A stretch of DNA of 64,000 nucleotides from Sminthopsis crassicaudata (lineage: Eukaryota): NCBI RefSeq assembly GCF_048593235.1, contig NC_133620.1, positions 296,685,765-296,749,764 of the forward strand, given 5' to 3'. A program made the translations under genes and the position numbers. Below, piece after piece: positions 38,701 to 50,900 of this stretch; position 1 is the stretch's first letter; each line of letters starts with the position of its first letter. The notes under the pieces are model-generated. The model saw nothing but the letters and a program-made list of their open reading frames with translations. It did not search any database and was not told the DNA's origin.

Positions 38701-41700
38701 NNNNNNNNNNNNNNNNNNNNNNNNNNNNNNNNNNNNNNNNNNNNNNNNNNNNNNNNNAGTAGAAGGAGACCAATTTTAGTGGTAAGGAATGTTCAACCAG
38801 AATTCCAAACTTAGATCTTTTGTTGTCTACTGAGATTTATTTGGTTTATAATTTGGAGCTTATAATAATAATAATAACAACTCATTTTTATAGGATATGA
38901 ATATTTAACAATCACTTTATTACAATAATCTTATGATATAGATAGTATAAGTAGTAAGTAAATCTTTTTTTTTTTTCACAAATTTTTACAAATAATTTCT
39001 CTGAACCACAGTTTCCATAATTGAATTGTGTAACGTCATATGGTTAGTAAACAACAGATATGGTACTTAAACCCATTTTTTTTTTTTTTTTAAACTGCAC
39101 TAAGTATGAGTGCTATCTACTGGCTAGCTGGAAAGACATAGGTATCAAGAGATATTTCCTAAGTATGGGAGATGAGGTTTGTCAATATACTGGGCCTTGG
39201 TAGTTATCTTTTTTTTCCTTTCTTTTTTAATTAATTAATCTTTATTAAAGCGTTTTTATTTATAAAGTATATGCATGGGTAATTTTTCCAACATTGACTC
39301 TTGCAAAACCTTTTTTCCAAATTTTCTCCTCCTTCCCTCCCACCCCTTCCCCTAGCTGGCAGGTAGTCCAATATATTAAATATGTTAAAATACATGTTAA
39401 AGCCAATATATGTGTAATATTTGTACAGTTTTCTTGTTGCACAAGAAAAATCAGATCAAGAAGGAAGAAAAAAAAACTATGAAAGAAAACAAAATGCAAA
39501 CAAACAACAGAGTGAGAATGCTATGTTGTGGTCTACACTCAGTTCCCATGATCCTCTTTCTGGGTGTAGATGGCTCTCTTCATCATTGAACAAGTGGAAC
39601 TGGTTTGAATCACCTTAATGTTGAAGAAAGCCACGTTCATCAGAATTGATCATTGTATAGTCTTCTTGTTTCCATGTATCTCCTGGTTCTGCTCATTTCA
39701 CTTAGCATCAGTTCATGTAGGTCTCTCCAAATCTCTCTGAAATTATTCTGCTGGTTGCTTCTTACAGAACAATAGTATTTCATAGCATTCATATACCATA
39801 ATTTATTAAGCCATTCTCTAAATTGATGGGCATCCATTCAATTTCCAGTTTCTTGTCACTACAAAGAGAGCTGCCACAAACATTTTTGTACATGTGGGTC
39901 CCTTTTCCCTCTAAGATCTCTGAGATATAATTCCAGTAAAAACATTGCTGGGTCAAAGGGTATGCACAGTTTGATGACTTTTTGAGCATAGTTCCAAACT
40001 GCTCTCCTGAATTGTTGGATTCACTCACAGTTCCACCAATAATGTTACCAGTGTCCCATTTTTCCCACATCCCCTCCAACATTGGTCATTATCTTTTCCT
40101 GTCATCTTTGCAAATCTGAGAGGTGTGTAGTGGTATCTCAGAGTTTTCTTAATTTGTATTTTTCTGATCAATAGTGATTGGGAGCACCTTTTCATGTGGC
40201 TACAAATAGTTTCAATTTCTTCATCTGAAAATTGTCTGTTCATATCTTTTAACCGTTTATTAATTGGAGAATGGCTTAAACTATTATAAATTTGAGTCAA
40301 TTCTTTATATATTTTAGAAATGAGGCCTTTATCAGATCCTTTGAATGTGAAAATGTTTTCCCAGTTTATTGCTTCCCTTCTAATTTTGTCTGCATTAGTT
40401 TGTACAAAAACTTTTAAACTTAATATAATCAAAATTATCTATTTTGTGATCAATAATGATCTCTAGCTCTTCTTTGGTTACAAATTCCTTCCTCCTCTAC
40501 AAATCTGAGAGGTAAACTATCCTATGTTCTTCTAATTTGTTTATAATATCATTGTTTATGTCTAAATCATGAACCCGTTTCAACCTTATCTTGGTATACA
40601 GTGTTAGGTACTTTCTGCCATACTAGCTTCCAATTTTTCACAGCAGTTTTTGTCAAATAGTGAATTCTTATCCCAAAAACTGGGGCCTTTGGGTTTGTCA
40701 AATACTAGATTGCTATAGTCATTGACTATATTTTGTTCTGTGAACCTAGTCTATTCCACTGATCAACTTCTCTATTTCTTAGCCAGTACCAAATGATTTT
40801 GATGATTGTTGCTTCATAATGTGGTTTTTGATCTAGGACAGCTAGGCCACCTTCATTTGCTTTTTCTTCATTAATTCCTTTGAAATCTTGACCTTTTGTT
40901 CTTCCAGATGAATTTTGTTGTTATTTTTTCTATGTCAATAAAATAGTTTCTTGGGAGTTTGATGGTATAGCACTAAATGAATAGATTAGTTTAGGGAGTA
41001 TTGTCATCTTTTTTTATATTCGCTTGACCATCCATGAGCATTTGATAGCACTTGATATTTTTCCAATTGCTTAGTTCTGACTTAATTTGTGTGGATAGTG
41101 TTTTGTAGTTTTGCTTATATAGTTCCTGACTTTCCCTTATTTTAAATGGAATTTCTTTTTGTATCTCATGCTGTTGGATTTTGTTAGTGATGTATGCTGA
41201 TGATTTATGTGAATCTATTTTGTATCTTGCAACTTTGCTGATGTTGTGGATTATTTCTAATAGTTTTTTAATTGATTCTCTAGGGTCTAATAGTTTTTTT
41301 AGTTGATTCTCTAGGGGCCTTGGTAATTACCTTGTAATTATCTTGGCTGTCTGTTGCGGCTATAGAAGGAAGCTCGACAAGCTTTAGCTCGTAGCTTAGA
41401 GCGGGAACAGCAACGGTGTCGGACTCTACAGGAGGAGCGGGATGAGGCTCGGGCAGAGCAGCTAAATCAGAACAGAGAACTAGAAGCACTCCAAGCTGCC
41501 TTGGAGGAAAAGCATCAGGCCTGGACCCAGCGTGAACATCAGCTTGAAGAACGCTGTAAAAGTATACAAGAAGAGGGCCGGATCCAATTGGAGAGGGAAC
41601 AGGTAAGGGTAGGAGAGAAACATGGCCTGAAGCCTAAGGTAGAGAGAGGAGAATGAGCAGAAAGTGATACATAAATGGGGAAAGAAAAGGCAAAGAGACT

Positions 41701-41889
41701 GAGTATAGAAAGTGAGTTTATTAGGAAGGCTATGCGGGCATGGTTTTAGCAGGATGAATAAATTGCTAAGGGGAGTTAGGGATGTATAGTAGTTTGGTTT
41801 AAAAAAGAGGGATGAAGCATGAGTTACGATATTTAGAAGCAGAGCACAGAGTATAGAGATTAGACTGGGGACAGAAGAAATAGCCTTTG

Positions 41890-41921
<32 letters not shown>

Positions 41922-44900
41922 TTTTTTTTTTTGCAAAGCAATTGGGATTGTGACTTGCCCAGCTTCACACAGCTAGGAAGTGTGTCTTGAGGCAGAAATC
42001 AGGTCCTCCTGATTCCAAAGCTAGTGGTTTATTCATTGTGCCATCTATCTGTCCACTATTTGTCCAATAACCTCTGAAGACAATATAAAGTCCTTGGATT
42101 TTCCTTTCTCCTCAGGCAAACTCCCAGCGGGATGTACAAGCTGCCCGAGAGGCTCAGCAACTCCTATCATCTGTTCAGTCTGATGTGCGGAGGTTAGAAG
42201 AGGAATTGGACACAGCACGGCGAGAAAGAGATGCTTTACAGCTGGAAACCAGCTTAGTGCAGGTTAGGGGTTAGGAAAAGTATTGTGATTCATTGACTTT
42301 TTTTCTAGTTGAGAAAGGTTTATCCAAGATCAAAAAAGAAATGATTTCCAGTTGCTAAGTGTATATTTCTACTACATTGCCAATGTTGTAGAAATAATAC
42401 ACATACTAATTACTTTTCCTCCCAATATATTTCACTTGAGGGTATCATTGTGTCAATGTTGCATATCAGAGGTGTTGCTATTTCTCTCAGCAACTCCAGT
42501 TTTTGATTCATTCAGCCTGGCATTTTGCATGATGTTTTGCATTTTAGTTAAATAAATGAGATGGTAATATATTAACTTATCATACTCCTTTCTCAATCTT
42601 GAAATAATCAATTAGTTCCTTAGGAGACAAGTAACATGATCTGGTACTCCTATCCCATCCCATGGGAGTCTCGAGGACAAGCCACAAAAGTAGATATTTA
42701 ATGTTTGTTCAATTTATTAGAATTGGAAGTACGCAGTAAAGTATGTACCTTTATGCAGGTCTAAATCATGGTTTTAGTATATTATCTGTTAATAAGTTGA
42801 TGCATATTTCATTCCTTGTAGACTTATTTTTAAATTCAAATTTTCTTTTTTAAAATTTTAATAGTTAAATTACATACACACACAACACAAACACAAACAC
42901 ACATAGTAGCATTTATTTCTTTCTCCCCTCGGGGAGGAATGAAAAGCAAAACCCTTGTTACAAAAAAAACCCATAATTAAGCAAATTGTGTCCCAAATGT
43001 GCCTCATTCTGTCTGTCAGTATGGTAGACTGTACTCTTCATTGTTGCTTATCTGGAATCATAACTGATCATTGTGTTGATCAGTTAAGTGTTTCAAATTT
43101 GTTTCTATAATGTTAATGTTATATTTTAAATTCTTCTGCTCAAGTCTTCTGAAGTTTCTCTGAAATTATCTCTTTATTAATTCCTAATTGCATAATAATA
43201 ATCCATTATGTTTATATACCATAATTTGTTCAACCATTCTCCAATTGATGGGGACTTCTACTCCTTAAGTTTCTAGTTCTTTGCATCATAAAAAGAGCTG
43301 CTATAAATATTTTTGGACACAGATTCTTTTCCTCTTTCTTTGATTTTCTTGGAATATAGATCTAATTGTTTTATTTTGGGTCAAAGGGTATGCCCAGTTT
43401 AGTAACTTTTTGGGCATTGCCCTAATTTGCTTTTCAAAATGGTGTTATTAATTTACAGCTCTACCATGAACTGTTGTAGATCGATGTGCTTGCTTTCTCA
43501 AGTTGGGTAATTTTAGAAGATGGTTAATCTTTCTTATTTAAAAGAATAATTTGGTTTCAATTTTTGAAAAATGATTAATCCATAGACATGTAGGAAGAAG
43601 GCAACATCTTGATTGAAAGAAACTCTTTGTTTTTCTTTCCTTATGCTTGTGAATTCTGTGTGTACACAGAGAAACAGAAATTAAGATTTGTTCTACGTTC
43701 TGCCTCTGGCCTCTTTAAACCTCAATAAGGAGCAGAGGCTGTACCCTCGCTTCCTAGGCCAGCCTGAATATCCTCTGCATATCCTCATTACCAGGCCCGG
43801 TTTGAAGCCCAGCGAGTACAAATGGAGTCAGAGCTTGCTATTTTGCTAGAGCAGAGAGTAACTGAACGACTAGCCCAGGTGCAAGAGAGCAGTCTTCGAC
43901 AAGTGAGCAGTCTTCGGGAACAACACAGGTATCAGGGATGGTCCACAGTTTTGCTCTTTGCTAACAGTCTCTCACTCCTACCCTGTGTTTATGGGCAAGC
44001 TAGCTTTTTTTCTTTTTCTGACTTTTTTCTCCTCTTGTTTTTCCCTTTTCATTCCCAGACTCGGGCCTGTTTCATTTATGGCTCTTACCTACTTAGAAAT
44101 TAGAAACTTGCAGTATTCCATAAAAGTTTTTATAACAAATTATTTGGAATTTTATTGTTATTAGGAAGCAGTTACAAGAGTTAACTGAGCAGCATCAACA
44201 GGAATTGTCTAATCAATTGGATCAATTCCATGGGGAGTTGTCAGAGCGAGAAGATCGGCATCAGCAGGTGGCTCAAGACTATGAGCTCAGGTGCTAGCTT
44301 TGAGAACCTCCTCAAACTTCTCTTCTGACTTTGGGTGGCCCAGAATTCTGCTTCTCTCAAAATTTTAAGCGTCAGATTTCTTAAGTCCTAATTTGTCTCA
44401 TCACCACATTTCCCCAAGGGACTCAAGAGTCTGGACCCTAAATCCTTTTTCCTCTCATTTTCCCAGATTGGCTCATGAGCAGGCCCGAGTACGGGAATTA
44501 CGTATGATACACCGGCAGCTAGAAGAACAGCGGGTAGAGCTGGTAGAGAGGTTCCAGTCCATGCTTCGGGCTCATTGGGATGAGGCACACCAGCTGCTCA
44601 GTACCACAGCCCCTTCTCAGGTAGGCCTTGTCTTTTCGACATGCACAGTGAGCTGAGATCACTTGGATTCAGATAAAAAATATTAAGGCTAATGAGACAA
44701 GTTTTTTGAAGCTATTTTTGGGAAACTCAGATCAGAGAAGGAATAGAACTTGATATTCAGAATAGATATGGTTATAACTGATGTCAGAGAAAAAGCAGAG
44801 TTGCTCATTTCTTCCAAGGAGAATGATCTTAGTATTGAAAAATACAGAACAAAAGTGGCTAATAGGAACTTAATTTCCAAGACTGAGAGAGATAGTTAAA

Positions 44901-47900
44901 GAATACTTATATGCCCTTATAAATTCTAGTCACTTGACCCCAGTGACCTATATCTTTAATCGTACTAAAATTAAAAACAAAAACCCAAAACTGGTGGATA
45001 AAATTACTGAGTCATTGCCACTGATCTTTGGCAATAGACACGGGATTGGAGAAAGACCAATGTAGTTCTGATTTTCAAAAAATGGAAAGAATATAATATA
45101 GTTCAATTAGATGCCAATGAGTTTTGCTTGGATTTCTGGCTAGAAAAAGTAGTAGTGATCACAGAGTCAGTAAAGCTTTATCAAGAATAGATTGTGCCAG
45201 TTGTTGTTGTTCAGTCATTCATTCACATCCAATTCTTCCTGACTCCATGGACTATATATAACACAGCCCTTCTAACTTCCATTATTTCTCAAAGTCTTTC
45301 AAAGTTCATGTTCATGTTTCCATGACACTGTCTTTTTTATCCTCTGCTTTTTTTTCCTTTTCCTTTTCCTTTAGTCTTTCCTAACATCTGAGTCCTGTTT
45401 TCTCATTATGTGGCTAAAGTATTTAAACTTCAGTTTCATTCTTAGCCTTTCAGTGAATAGCCTGAATTGATTTATTTTAATATTGACTGAATTGATCTCT
45501 TTAGTGTCTAAGGACTGTCTTCTAGCACCAAATTTAAACCATATTTCTTTTTTGATGAAATTTTGAAGCTGTTAGTTAGATATGGAGAATTTTGTAGGTA
45601 ATGTAGATTTTAACAGCACATTTGATAATGTCAGTCATACTATTCTTATGCAAAAAAGTATGTTTAATTAGTGAAATAAAAATTATCTAAGGAGCCATTG
45701 ATTATCAAAGAGATAGTTAACTGCAATCATTACAACCAAGAATGTAGTCTTCACTGAACACGAATTGATCATCAGTTTCAATATCCTTATATAGAATGTG
45801 AATACATAAGCAGTGGAATGTTATAGAAAGCAAGAGGAGAAGATACAAAGAACAGATAACAGAGGGGAGAGAAAAGAATTTCTGCATCAGGAAGCTCAGG
45901 GAACTAGTTGGTCAAAACTGAAGTTGAAGTTTATGTACTAGCTTTGACAATTTCCACTTTGATTTTAAGTCTAAAAAAAAAAAAAGGAAAATATCTGAGG
46001 TTCAAAACTTCAGAGTATAATGATTTAATGAACAAGGTCAATTATTGCCAGTCAGATCAGGTCATTGATTCCTCATTGGTCAGAGATAAAGGATTAATTA
46101 ACAGTTTATTTGTATAACAGAAAAGAGGAGTTAAAAATTGGATCAATCTTAGGAAATTTGTCATTTTGTCAACGAGAGGTATGTAGCGGTACAGAGTTGT
46201 TTTAAGTTGCATTTCTCTTATCAGTAGTGATTAGAGCATTTTTTTCAAAGTGCTGTAAATGAAAAAATACATTTGACTAGAAATGGCTTTAATTTATTTG
46301 TTTGAAAATTGTCTGTTAATTGGAAAATGACTTGTATTCTTATAAATGTGAGTCAATTCTCTATATATTTTAGAAATGAGAACTTTATTAAAAATGCTGC
46401 CTGTAAAATTTTTTTTCTTCCCTTCTAATCTCCTAAACTAATCTGCATTAGTTTTGTTTGCATAAAACCTTTTAAATTTAATATAATAAAATTATCCATT
46501 TTATAATGTTCTCTAATTGTTCTTTGGCCATAAATTCTTTCCTTTTCCACAAATCTGAGAGTAAGACTATCCCTTGTTCTCTTAATTTGCTTATAGTTGT
46601 CATCCTTTATATCTAAATCATGAACCCATTTCAACCTTATCTTGGTATAGGATATGAGATGTTAGCCGATGCCTAGTTTCTGCTATACTATTTTCCAGTT
46701 TTCCCAGCAGTTTTTGTCAAATAGTGAGTATTTATCCCAGAAGCTGGGAGTCTTTGGATTTATCAAACTCAAAAAGGTTTTTTCATGCTAGAATGCTGGA
46801 CCAAACTGATAAGACATTCATTTGTAACACATTTTTGCCATAATCCCTTTTTTTCAGTAAGCAAAAATCTGCCTTCTTATCCTAGTTCAGGCACTTTCCT
46901 CAGTTGAAGACAAAAGAAAAAATGAAACCCTTTACAAACATGTGTAATTAAAACCAAATTTGCAAATTGGCCACATCCAGAAAAATAAATTTGTTTCATT
47001 CTGCATTCTTGGGTCTTTTATCTCTATATCAGGAGAGGGAAATATGTTTCATTATTAGTCCTCTAAAATTGTTTTGGTCATAATACTAAGAAGAATACCT
47101 GGTGCTTTCAAAGTTGTTTGGCTAGACCATGTTGTCATTCTACAAATTATCCTTTTAATTCTGTTCTTTTGACCCCCTTTCAGTTCATACTAGGTTTTTC
47201 TAAGACCTTAATCATTTTTTATGGCACAAAATATCACATTTATACACAATAGTTATTCCCCAATTGATAGACAACACATCAGATTTTCATTCTTTGCTAT
47301 CTCACAAGGGGCGTGTTGACCACAGGACTGATATCCAAAGCATCCAGCGCTAATGTGTGCTTCCCATGAGGTATATATGCACATAGCTTTAAGCGACTGG
47401 AGTAGACCAAAGCAGGGCAGAGTCAGAGCACCTCATGAGAGAGGGAATTGACTATCAATCCAGTTCTGACAGGGTGAGGGGGGGAGGAACCAGACATTCT
47501 GATAAATTGGGATCAAGAAGAACAATGACAGAATGGGGGGAGGCACATTCTGATAAATATGAAGTCATGATGACTAAAATAGAAGATCTTTCTTCATATC
47601 TGGATTAAACATTTACAGTTTATAATCTTAGCATAGCCAACCCTAAATTATATCAGTTCTAATGATCAGGAGGGAAGGGTTCTGTTGCAACCAGAGGGAT
47701 TGGGGCAAAACAATTGAGGTAGGACAATTCAAGGAGACTATGGCATAACAAGTCTGCATTAACAACATAGCAATAAAATCCTTTCCTCTTGAACTAGTCT
47801 AACTCTACAAATTATTTTGAGGTACCTCATAACACTGGTCTGGAACCCTAATAATATTTTGGGGTTCTGCTTTAAAACCCCAATACTTTCTGTTGATATT

Positions 47901-50900
47901 TCTTTCATAGGTGATAGTGGGTTCTTTCTATCTTTAATTCATTTTGACTTTAAATAGCAGATTTGGGCAATTTTCATTTATAATTTCTTGAAACATAATA
48001 CTCATGTTAAAAAAAAAAAAGTCATAGTTTTAAGGACTCCCAATGATTAATACCTTTCTTTTTCTTTCCTTTTATCAACAGTTGGTCACTTGTTTTTGTT
48101 AGTAACTATTCTGTATTTTTTTTACATTTTTCTAATCTTTTAATTTTGTTTTAAAATCAACTTCTGTTTCATGGAATTTGTGTTGGTCTACTCTAGTTTT
48201 CAGGGCATCTATCACTTAGGCCAGATGTACCATTTTCTCTTCTAATCCTTTTATTCTTCTGGTTCTTTCCTCCAGAGCTTTTATTCCATTTTTTGGCTTT
48301 TGCATCATTTTTCCTAGGTATTTATATGATCCTTGTGGAAATCCTTTTTTCCCCCCTTTGTGTCTGTTCTTACAATTGTAATGGAGTTACTCGCTCTTCC
48401 TTGTTGGGCTATCCTAGAGCTATAATTTTTGGTTTTGGCTATTTATTCATTCCTCCAGCTTTAGTTCATGAAATGAGGATTTGTGATAGGGGCTAGTTCT
48501 GCCTCAAGCTATGCTTTTGGGTAGAGTGGTTTGCTCTATTTTGTCTTATCCTGGCTGTTACTTGGGTTTCTGGGTTAACTAAGACTTGCTGTGCTCCTGA
48601 GGTTTGAACTACACTGCTTGAATTTCTTCATTTCTGGTATACTGCTGAGGACCTCTTCTACCTAGAATTGTGACCCTCTAGGGGTGCATTTCTGGGTTAA
48701 TTCCACCTCTCAATATTATCTTCTGAGACTATCATCAGGGCCCTCTCTGGCATCTCTGAGCAGAATGTTAGGAACCTCCAAATTCCTCTTCTGAATGCAC
48801 TCTGATCTTTGCTTTTTTCCAAAGTTCCCTATTCTTCCCTTCCTTTCTCAGAAGCTCCTTTGCTTTTCCTACCTTTGGACACAGAGGCTTGTAGGCTTCA
48901 TGTGTCTCTTGCCCATCTTTGATCACTGAGATGCTGGTGGACAAAGAGCTTTTATTAAGAGTAGAATAGCACCAATGCTGCCATTTTTCTTGTTTGCTTG
49001 TGCTTGCATTATTAGTATTATCTTCAGTTTATAGTTTCTCTGCAGGAATCTTTTTAAGCCACTGGTCTGGTTTGTGGTGGTTAAAGATAGATAATGTAAT
49101 CCATAAATCCACTTATCATTACAACATACGTGAGGGATTCACTGTCAATCCCCTCTTCCCTCTGGATACTTTGAGAACAATTGTGATATATGACTGTCTA
49201 GCATACAGGTTACTTGAGGATGCCAGAAAAGAACATAAGTAATATTTGAGACCAATTTCTTTTTGATATATAAGTAAGAATTCCAATTTTTTCTCCTGCA
49301 TCACATTGATTATGATGCACATTGCTTAGAAAGTCACAAATTAACATTTTTAATTGAATTTTTATTTATTTTTAAAACATTTCCCTATTACATTTTAATA
49401 TGATTCAGTGATCTCTATGTCTTAGAAAGTTGTCTGGAACAGAGAAATTAAATAACTTGAGTTGGGGAGAAGAGGGTAGGGAATCATACGTCTGTTTTGT
49501 GTCAAGAGACAGGGGATTTGAACCCAGAAGCTTATCTCAGCTCTCTATCCACTGTATCACAGGCTGTTTTTTATTATGTCTTACTAAATGATAATATTCC
49601 ATTCTATTTATATACCTGAGGTTTTTTTTAGCCATTCCCTGATTAATTGGTGCATACTTTGTTATGAGTTGCTTGCTGTACCACAGAGAATGCTGCTGTT
49701 TTGTACTGAGCCTTGCTTCTGCCTTTGGCTTCCTTGGAAAAGATGCCAACAATGAGATTTTTTTGGTTAAAGAGTTCAGATAAATTTTTTTTTTTTTGCA
49801 GAATTACAAATTAATATCCAGAAAAATTGGATCAATTTATAACCCTATCCACAGTATATCGTATGCCATAGGGTCCACTGGCATTAACTATTCCTTTTTT
49901 GTCATATTTGACTTTTTATAGGACATGAGATAAAACTTTTTATTATTTTGAATTTGCATTTCTTTTTAGTATTAATGATTTGGAACATGTTTTCAAATAA
50001 TCATTTATAGTTTGCAATTCATCTTTTGAAAAATGTATTCTTGTGCCACAGTTCCCTTTTATTGTCCTGCCTCAGTTTCCCTAAATTGTTCTGCCTCATT
50101 CCCCCTGATTGCAAACCCTCCTAACCATTAGGACTGATATAATTTAGGGCTAACTACTTTAAGGTTATAAACTGTAAATGTTTAATCTCAGTTAAGGGGA
50201 AGATCTTCTATTTTAGACATCATGGCTCCAGACCTTCCCAACTTATCAGAATGTCCACTGCTCACTCTGCCTTTGTTATCCCTTATCACTAAAATCCTAT
50301 AAAGACTCTCTGGAGACTCACATTCCATGCTGGATTCTTGGAGAGGAAAGTCTAATTCAGCCCTGGAGGCAGAATGGATTCTGTTGTCTCCAGACTATCT
50401 CTCCCGCTAAGAAATTTGAATAAAATATTAAAAACTTTCTAATCTCTATCTTGCCTCAGCATTACACTTGAAAGAGATATGTAAATATGTATGTGTGTAT
50501 GTGTATGTGTATATCTGCATATGTATATATAAATATATCCTTTCTTAACTATAATCTGATTGGGTATGGTGGGGGGGGGGGGAATGAAAGGAGGGAAAAA
50601 GAATAAAGTAAATAAGGTGAGCCCAGGAGAACAAAAGAACAGTTTACAAGGAAGAAAAGAAAAGATGGACACTTGTGAATATAATTTCTTCTACTAATAT
50701 ATATATATATATTTTTTTAAGTTGGTATTTGTTATATATTTTGAATCCTCCCTCTGTTGGGCATATGATAATGTTCTCTTTTGTTTTGTTTCATTTTGTT
50801 TTGTATTGCTTTTCTGTTTTTCTTTTTGCTTATTCTGTTTCTTCAAATAAAATAAATTTGAGGAAATTTTTTTTTTAAGTCTTTCCTTTGGACTTATGAA

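Noticed and set aside
39640-40432. L1 ORF2 fragments as host genes or an active L1 (also 58241-60458)
   Set aside because: 5'-truncated, with multiple frameshifts and stops
43929-43936. CNTROB donor GTATCA as a U12 intron
   Set aside because: Lacks the CCT of GTATCCT and there is no TCCTTAAC box before the 44165 acceptor
50040-50470. CTTG as a definitive 4-bp TSD (class I ERV)
   Set aside because: Alignment with the 47-kb copy suggests the LTR may start at 50039, so the match may be chance; kept only as tentative
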